DNA of 64,000 nt from positions 672,001-736,000 of the forward strand of contig CAWBOS010000006.1 in assembly GCA_963790475.1 (NCBI GenBank), read 5' to 3'. The stretch is from an uncultured delta proteobacterium. GTDB lineage: Bacteria > Desulfobacterota > RBG-13-43-22. Below the pieces are notes generated by a model, which ran no database searches, was not told the DNA's origin, and saw only the letters and a program-made list of their open reading frames with translations. Below are positions 59,323 through 64,000 of this stretch, piece after piece. The position numbers were made by a program, and so were the translations under genes. Each line of letters opens with the position of its first letter. Positions within the stretch are counted from its first letter, which is position 1.

Positions 59323-59596
59323 GGTTCAGCGCTCCTTGAAATCACTTGACACACTGCCGGGGCTTACTTAGAATATCCAACTTGCGCCTGGTGTCAACAA
59401 TTTAATGTGAATATAAGGTGATAATAATTCCGGTATAAGATATATGGTTTAAGGATTGCGGTTTTCATTTGGACCTCCTGCTTGCCCGCAGGTCTCGAGC
59501 CTTAAACCCTTTAAGTCCATAATCTCATCCTCTCAATTACTTGGGAGAAACACCGCAAAAAGTTTAGGATCGATAGGCGATTCGGAAAAGGATGCC

Positions 59597-61696
59597 ATGG
59601 ATTTTTTCTTCGAGCCCAAGGGGGTGGCGGTGATCGGCGCTACGCCTGATCGTTTTGGTGGAGGACGTAATCTATTAATCAATCTTAGCCTGGGTTACGA
59701 CGGACCTATCTATCCGATCAACCCTAAATATGATGAACTTTTCGACAAGAAGTGTTACCCCTCTATTTTAGATGTGCCGGATCCCATTGATCTGGCCCTG
59801 GTCTTTATCCCGGCCCGGGCCGTTCCGGCCGTGCTGGAGCAATGCATTGCTCGAGGTGTTCGAGGGGCCATCCTCGAATGCAGCGGCTTTGCCGAGATTG
59901 GATCCGAGGGGAAGGCCCTTCAGGATCATTGTCTGTCCATCGCCCGGAAAGGGGGATTACGTCTCTGGGGACCCAATTGTATGGGACTCATCGATCTCTC
60001 TAAAAAATATGTTTTCTCTTTTATCCAGCCTGAATCCTGGGAAGGGACCTTCAATCCCGGAGGGGTGTCTTTAATCGTTCAGAGCGGACTCCTGTCCGGT
60101 GGATTTATCACCACCCTCATGGCCAATAAGAGCCTGGGTCTGGCCAAGGCCTGCTCCATCGGGAATAAGTGTGATGTGGAAGAAACCGAGTTGTTGGAAT
60201 ATTTTTTAAAAGACCCGGCCACCAAGGTCATAGCCATGTACCTGGAATCCATTCCCAATGGAAAACGGTTTTTTGAAACGGTCCGTTCATCTCAAAAGCC
60301 GATCGTGGTTCTTAAAGGCGGGAAAATGCCCTCCGGGGCCAGAGCCTCAGCCAGCCACACCGGCTCCCTGGCCGGTAATTATGAAGTGGTTCGCGGTGCC
60401 CTGGAACAAGCCGGCGTATATCAGTCCGATGATTTTTTTGAAATGGTCGATATGGCCCGCTGTTTGGAAAAGGGCTTCCCCCTACCGCGGTCCCTGGAGA
60501 GAAAACCACAAATTGCCGTCTTAACTTACAGCGGAGCGGCCGGAATAGTTAATTCGGACTATCTGGAGAAATACGGTCTGGCCTTGGCCGAGCTGTCACC
60601 CCAAACCCTTAGGCGCCTGGAAGAAATATCCCCTCCCTGGATGCCGATAAAAAATCCGGTGGACTTTTATCCGACCATGGAACAAATGGGCCAGCGCAAG
60701 GCTTACCAGGCCGGGATCGCTATCCTTCATGAAGCCCCCGAAGTGGATGGGATTATCGTTCATATGTTCCCCCCGGCCGGAAGCAAGACCACGAAACTGG
60801 CCGAAATGCTCTCGAGAATCCCGGCTTCCGGTCCTCAGAAGCCAATACTCTTCTGGGTATTCGGATCGGGTGAAGGTTATGAAAATACCCGTTTGACCCT
60901 GGAAAATTTAGGTTATCCGGTCTATTTTGAAATCCACCGTCTTAGCAAGATCATGGCCAATCTTTTTGAAGGCCGGCAAAAAATAACCGTTTCCGTTTTG
61001 CCGGCCCTTTCAGAAATCCCCATTGTTTTGAAAGAAGAAATACAAAACAGGGCCAAGGCCGGTCCCAGGATTGTTGATGAACAGGAGTCCAAAAAGTGGC
61101 TGAAGGATGCCGGATTGACCGTGGTGGAAGAAAAAAAAGCCGGCCGAATGGAGGAAGTCCTGTCGGCTGCCGAGGAATTAGGCTATCCGGTGGTTCTCAA
61201 AGGCCTTCAGGAAGGTCTAATCCATAAAACCGAGGCTGGGCTGGTCAGATTGAATTTGAATACCCCGGAGCAGGTGGTCTCTGCCTGTCAGCAGATGGGC
61301 ATTGAAGGAAACCGACCCGCATCGTTTTTAGTTCAACCTATGCTTAAAGGAGACCTGGAGCTGATCGCCGGGATCATTCGAGACCCCCAATTCGGACCGG
61401 CTGTCATGCTGGGACTGGGCGGGGTCCGGGCCGAGATTTATAAAGATGTGGTCTTCCGTCTGGTCCCTTTAAACCCGGCGGATGTTTATCGGATGGTATC
61501 CAAACTGAAAGGGCAGGTCTTGTTCAAAGGATTTCGAGGCTCCACGCCGGTGAACATGGACCTCCTGGCCCAATGGCTGATCCGCTTAGGAGAGATGGCT
61601 TTATCCCTGGAGCAGGTCCAGGAGATAGATGTCAACCCCCTGTTGATTGTTGATGGCCTACCAATTGCCGTGGATGCCTCCATTATCCTGAAATAA
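59597..61696 (+). CDS. acetate/acyl-CoA ligase (ADP-forming), fused alpha-beta
   Basis: VAVIGA, GPNCMG, SHTGSLAG (catalytic His) and C-terminal ATP-grasp; probable start MDFFFEPK. Confidence 0.9.
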   Translation: MDFFFEPKGVAVIGATPDRFGGGRNLLINLSLGYDGPIYPINPKYDELFDKKCYPSILDVPDPIDLALVFIPARAVPAVLEQCIARGVRGAILECSGFAEIGSEGKALQDHCLSIARKGGLRLWGPNCMGLIDLSKKYVFSFIQPESWEGTFNPGGVSLIVQSGLLSGGFITTLMANKSLGLAKACSIGNKCDVEETELLEYFLKDPATKVIAMYLESIPNGKRFFETVRSSQKPIVVLKGGKMPSGARASASHTGSLAGNYEVVRGALEQAGVYQSDDFFEMVDMARCLEKGFPLPRSLERKPQIAVLTYSGAAGIVNSDYLEKYGLALAELSPQTLRRLEEISPPWMPIKNPVDFYPTMEQMGQRKAYQAGIAILHEAPEVDGIIVHMFPPAGSKTTKLAEMLSRIPASGPQKPILFWVFGSGEGYENTRLTLENLGYPVYFEIHRLSKIMANLFEGRQKITVSVLPALSEIPIVLKEEIQNRAKAGPRIVDEQESKKWLKDAGLTVVEEKKAGRMEEVLSAAEELGYPVVLKGLQEGLIHKTEAGLVRLNLNTPEQVVSACQQMGIEGNRPASFLVQPMLKGDLELIAGIIRDPQFGPAVMLGLGGVRAEIYKDVVFRLVPLNPADVYRMVSKLKGQVLFKGFRGSTPVNMDLLAQWLIRLGEMALSLEQVQEIDVNPLLIVDGLPIAVDASIILK

Positions 61697-61823
61697 CCTT
61701 CTGCTCTTCCCCTATTCCTGGGAGAAAAGGAAATTTCAGGGTTAAGGTGTTTAATCAGACCTGATAAGAAACTGGGAAAAATTAAAGCAGTCGGATGAAC
61801 CTTTTATTGGAAGGGGGATTGGG

Positions 61824-62177
61824 ATGGAGAAAACTTTTGGCAGAGAAAGAAGAAAATACCCGAGGTTAAGTGCAACCTTTGTCGTCAGCTACAAAATTAA
61901 AAGTATCCCCAATGATTTTGACCTTAGTCAGACAAAAAATGTCGGCCAGGGAGGAGTGATGCTTACTACCAACAAGAGATTTGCTCCCGGGACGCAACTG
62001 GCCATCATGATAAAATTTCCTTTTGTCCCGGAGCGCATAGAAGTCTCGGCCACTGTAGTTGATTCCAAAGAGATTGCCAAGGACGTGCTTTATGAAACCA
62101 GAATTTCTTTTGCTGATTTAGATAAAAAGTTTTTCCAGGAACTGGGCGAATTCATTGGAGAGCGGTTGGGTAAATAG
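61824..62177 (+). CDS. PilZ-domain protein
   Basis: ERRKYPR and NVGQGG motifs. Confidence 0.8.
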   Translation: MEKTFGRERRKYPRLSATFVVSYKIKSIPNDFDLSQTKNVGQGGVMLTTNKRFAPGTQLAIMIKFPFVPERIEVSATVVDSKEIAKDVLYETRISFADLDKKFFQELGEFIGERLGK

Positions 62178-62211
62178 GTTTAGGAAGGGGTTCACCCGGC
62201 ACACAGAGCAC

Positions 62212-62238
62212 CTGGGTTCCCGCTTTCCCGGGAAGGAC
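62212..62238. repeat. degenerate CTGGATTCCCGC...GCGGGAATGAC-type palindromic repeat
   Basis: CTGGGTTCCCGCTTTCCCGGGAAGGAC. Confidence 0.5.
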
Positions 62239-62293
62239 AGGAAAAGGCTTTTAGCAGAAGTGCGGTCCCGGCTGTTAAGATTGTGAGGTAAAG

Positions 62294-63190
62294 ATGACCA
62301 TAATTCGTTCCATCGGCAAATTTAAATACCAGAGACCGGGATCATTGCCGGAGGTGCTGAAGATTTTGGAGACATCGACTCCTGCCAGGAAGGTTCTGGC
62401 CGGGGGCACTGACCTTATTTTGCAGATGAAGCAGGGGATTGTCCGGCCTCCTCTGGTGGTGGATGTTAAGCAGGTTCCCGAATTGAATAGGCTGGAATGG
62501 AACACCCGCGTGGGATTGCGCGTCGGGGCCGCGGTACCTTTGATTCGGTTGCTGGTCTTCACAGAACTGCCTAAAGCTTTCAGTATGCTATTGCAGGCTT
62601 GCTCCCTTATCGGTTCCCGGCAGATAAAAAATCGGGGCACTGTCGGGGGTAATATTTGTAATGCCGCCCCATCGGCCGATTCGGCGCCTCCACTGCTGTG
62701 TCTGGGCGCCCGGGTTGTTTTGGTTTCCCCTAAGGCCACCCGCACCCTCCCCTTAGAGGACTTCTTCCTGGGGCCGGGGAAGACCGCTATAGCCGATGAT
62801 GAACTCCTGGTGGAAGTAGAGGTCCCGACACCTCTTGAGCATTCGGCCGGTTGTTATCTGAGACATACCACCAGAGAAGAAATGGATATCTCGGTAGCCG
62901 GAGTGGCCTCTTTTTTAACTTTGTCTCCGGAAAATGGGCGGTTGAAGTCCGCTCGAATCGCTTTGGGGGCCGTGGCGCCCACACCTGTCAGAGCACAGAG
63001 AGCGGAAGGGATTCTGGCCGGCAAAGCGGTAACACCGGAGTTGATTCGACAGGCCGCTGATCAGACGGCCGCGGAAGCCGACCCGATTTCGGATTTGCGG
63101 GGTTCTTCGGAATATCGACGGGAGTTAGTGCGGGTTCTTACCCGCAGAACGCTGGTGAGAGCCTGTGAAGAACTCGGCATCGAGGTTTAG
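62294..63190 (+). CDS. xanthine dehydrogenase-family FAD-binding subunit (CoxM-like)
   Basis: LAGGTDL, QIKNRGTVGGN and PISDLRGSSEYR motifs. Confidence 0.92.
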   Translation: MTIIRSIGKFKYQRPGSLPEVLKILETSTPARKVLAGGTDLILQMKQGIVRPPLVVDVKQVPELNRLEWNTRVGLRVGAAVPLIRLLVFTELPKAFSMLLQACSLIGSRQIKNRGTVGGNICNAAPSADSAPPLLCLGARVVLVSPKATRTLPLEDFFLGPGKTAIADDELLVEVEVPTPLEHSAGCYLRHTTREEMDISVAGVASFLTLSPENGRLKSARIALGAVAPTPVRAQRAEGILAGKAVTPELIRQAADQTAAEADPISDLRGSSEYRRELVRVLTRRTLVRACEELGIEV

Positions 63191-63223
63191 GATAAAAGGA
63201 CTTAGTTAATTTGAGGAGAAACC

Positions 63224-63691
63224 ATGAAAATCAATGTCAATGGCCGGGATTACAAGATTGCCGCCCAGCCTTGGCGCACCTTATTAGATGTACTTCGAAA
63301 TGAACTGGGATTCACCGGAACCAAAGAAGGCTGCGGGACCGGCAGCTGCGGTTCCTGCACGGTTCTGATGAACGGCCAGGCCGTCAACGCCTGCCTGGTA
63401 TTTGTTGCCGAGGCCAAGGGGAAAGCCATCACCACCATCGAGGGAATATCCCGGGAAGGAAAACTCCATCCCTTACAACAGGCCTTCATCGATGAGGGTG
63501 CGGTGCAATGCGGCTTTTGCACCCCGGGAGTGATTCTTACGGCCAAAGCCCTTCTGGATTCGAATCCGCAGCCTTCTGAAGCTGAAATAAGAGAAGCCAT
63601 AGCCGGTAACCTCTGCCGCTGTACCGGTTATGATAAGATCGTCCGCGCCATCATGAACGCTGCCCAGGCAGCAGATAAGGAGAGGGCCTAA
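63224..63691 (+). CDS. xanthine dehydrogenase-family 2Fe-2S subunit (CoxS-like)
   Basis: GCGTGSCGSC, QCGFCTPG and GNLCRCTGY motifs. Confidence 0.93.
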   Translation: MKINVNGRDYKIAAQPWRTLLDVLRNELGFTGTKEGCGTGSCGSCTVLMNGQAVNACLVFVAEAKGKAITTIEGISREGKLHPLQQAFIDEGAVQCGFCTPGVILTAKALLDSNPQPSEAEIREAIAGNLCRCTGYDKIVRAIMNAAQAADKERA

Positions 63692-64000
63692 TGGCGAAAT
63701 ATTCCGTTGTCGGGCGGCGTTTACCCAGAGTGGACGCGCTCAGCAAGGTGACCGGGGAGGCCCTTTTCAGCGGCGATATCCAGTTACCCCATATGCTTCA
63801 AGGCCAGGTGCTCAGAAGCCCTCATCCCCATGCCCTGATCCGTCATTTGGATGTGAGGAAAGCGCAAGGTTTGAACGGGGTTATGGCGGTCATTACCGCC
63901 GCAGACGTACCAGGATTTAAGAAGAGAAATGAACTGACCTTCTCCGAATTACCTCACCTGGCCAAGGATAAGGTCTTTTATGCCCAACAACCCGTAGCGG
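63691..64000 (+). CDS. xanthine dehydrogenase-family molybdopterin subunit, N-terminal part (runs off the window)
   Basis: MAKYSVVGRRLPRVDALSKVTGEA...VLRSPHPHA; TAATG coupling to the upstream gene. Confidence 0.9.
   Translation, partial: MAKYSVVGRRLPRVDALSKVTGEALFSGDIQLPHMLQGQVLRSPHPHALIRHLDVRKAQGLNGVMAVITAADVPGFKKRNELTFSELPHLAKDKVFYAQQPVA

Noticed and set aside
1-64000. CRISPR array, tRNA or integron integrase
   Set aside because: No regularly spaced repeat-spacer array, cloverleaf or tyrosine recombinase ORF was seen

Overview
64 kb of a bacterial chromosome, probably an anaerobic Desulfobacterota (deltaproteobacterial) organism. That assignment is inferred from gene content: class III RNR, ADP-forming acyl-CoA ligases, HD-GYP/PAS signalling and rpoZ-moaC-dksA. 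Bases 1-26.6 kb form a plastic accessory region. It holds a ParD/ParE-like TA pair, an IS1380-family element with a 1009-bp internal tandem duplication that disrupts a YgjP/M48 gene, and an IS4-family element with a frameshifted transposase and a winged-helix passenger gene. It also holds many pseudogenes and gene stumps (Mrr, AmpH-like, methyltransferase, MFS), a decayed orphan 5S rRNA copy, and unrelated single genes separated by recurring GGGTCAG/GGGGACA palindromes, two long direct-repeat pairs and attC-like half sites. Bases 26.6-34.6 kb are an ABC-transporter (Wzm/Wzt) glycan locus with a double GT4 and a coiled-coil methyltransferase. Bases 34.7-64 kb are mostly housekeeping and metabolic genes: dksA, moaC, rpoZ, comM, PBP1A, nrdD-glutaredoxin-nrdG, ilvE, dapA, dinB, mutY, HK/HD-GYP, corA, acyl-CoA ligases and the start of a xanthine dehydrogenase-family operon. 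The best candidate for an undescribed system is the REP-like-palindrome-bounded gene-cassette array at about 6-23 kb. All calls come from reading the sequence by eye, with no database searches.
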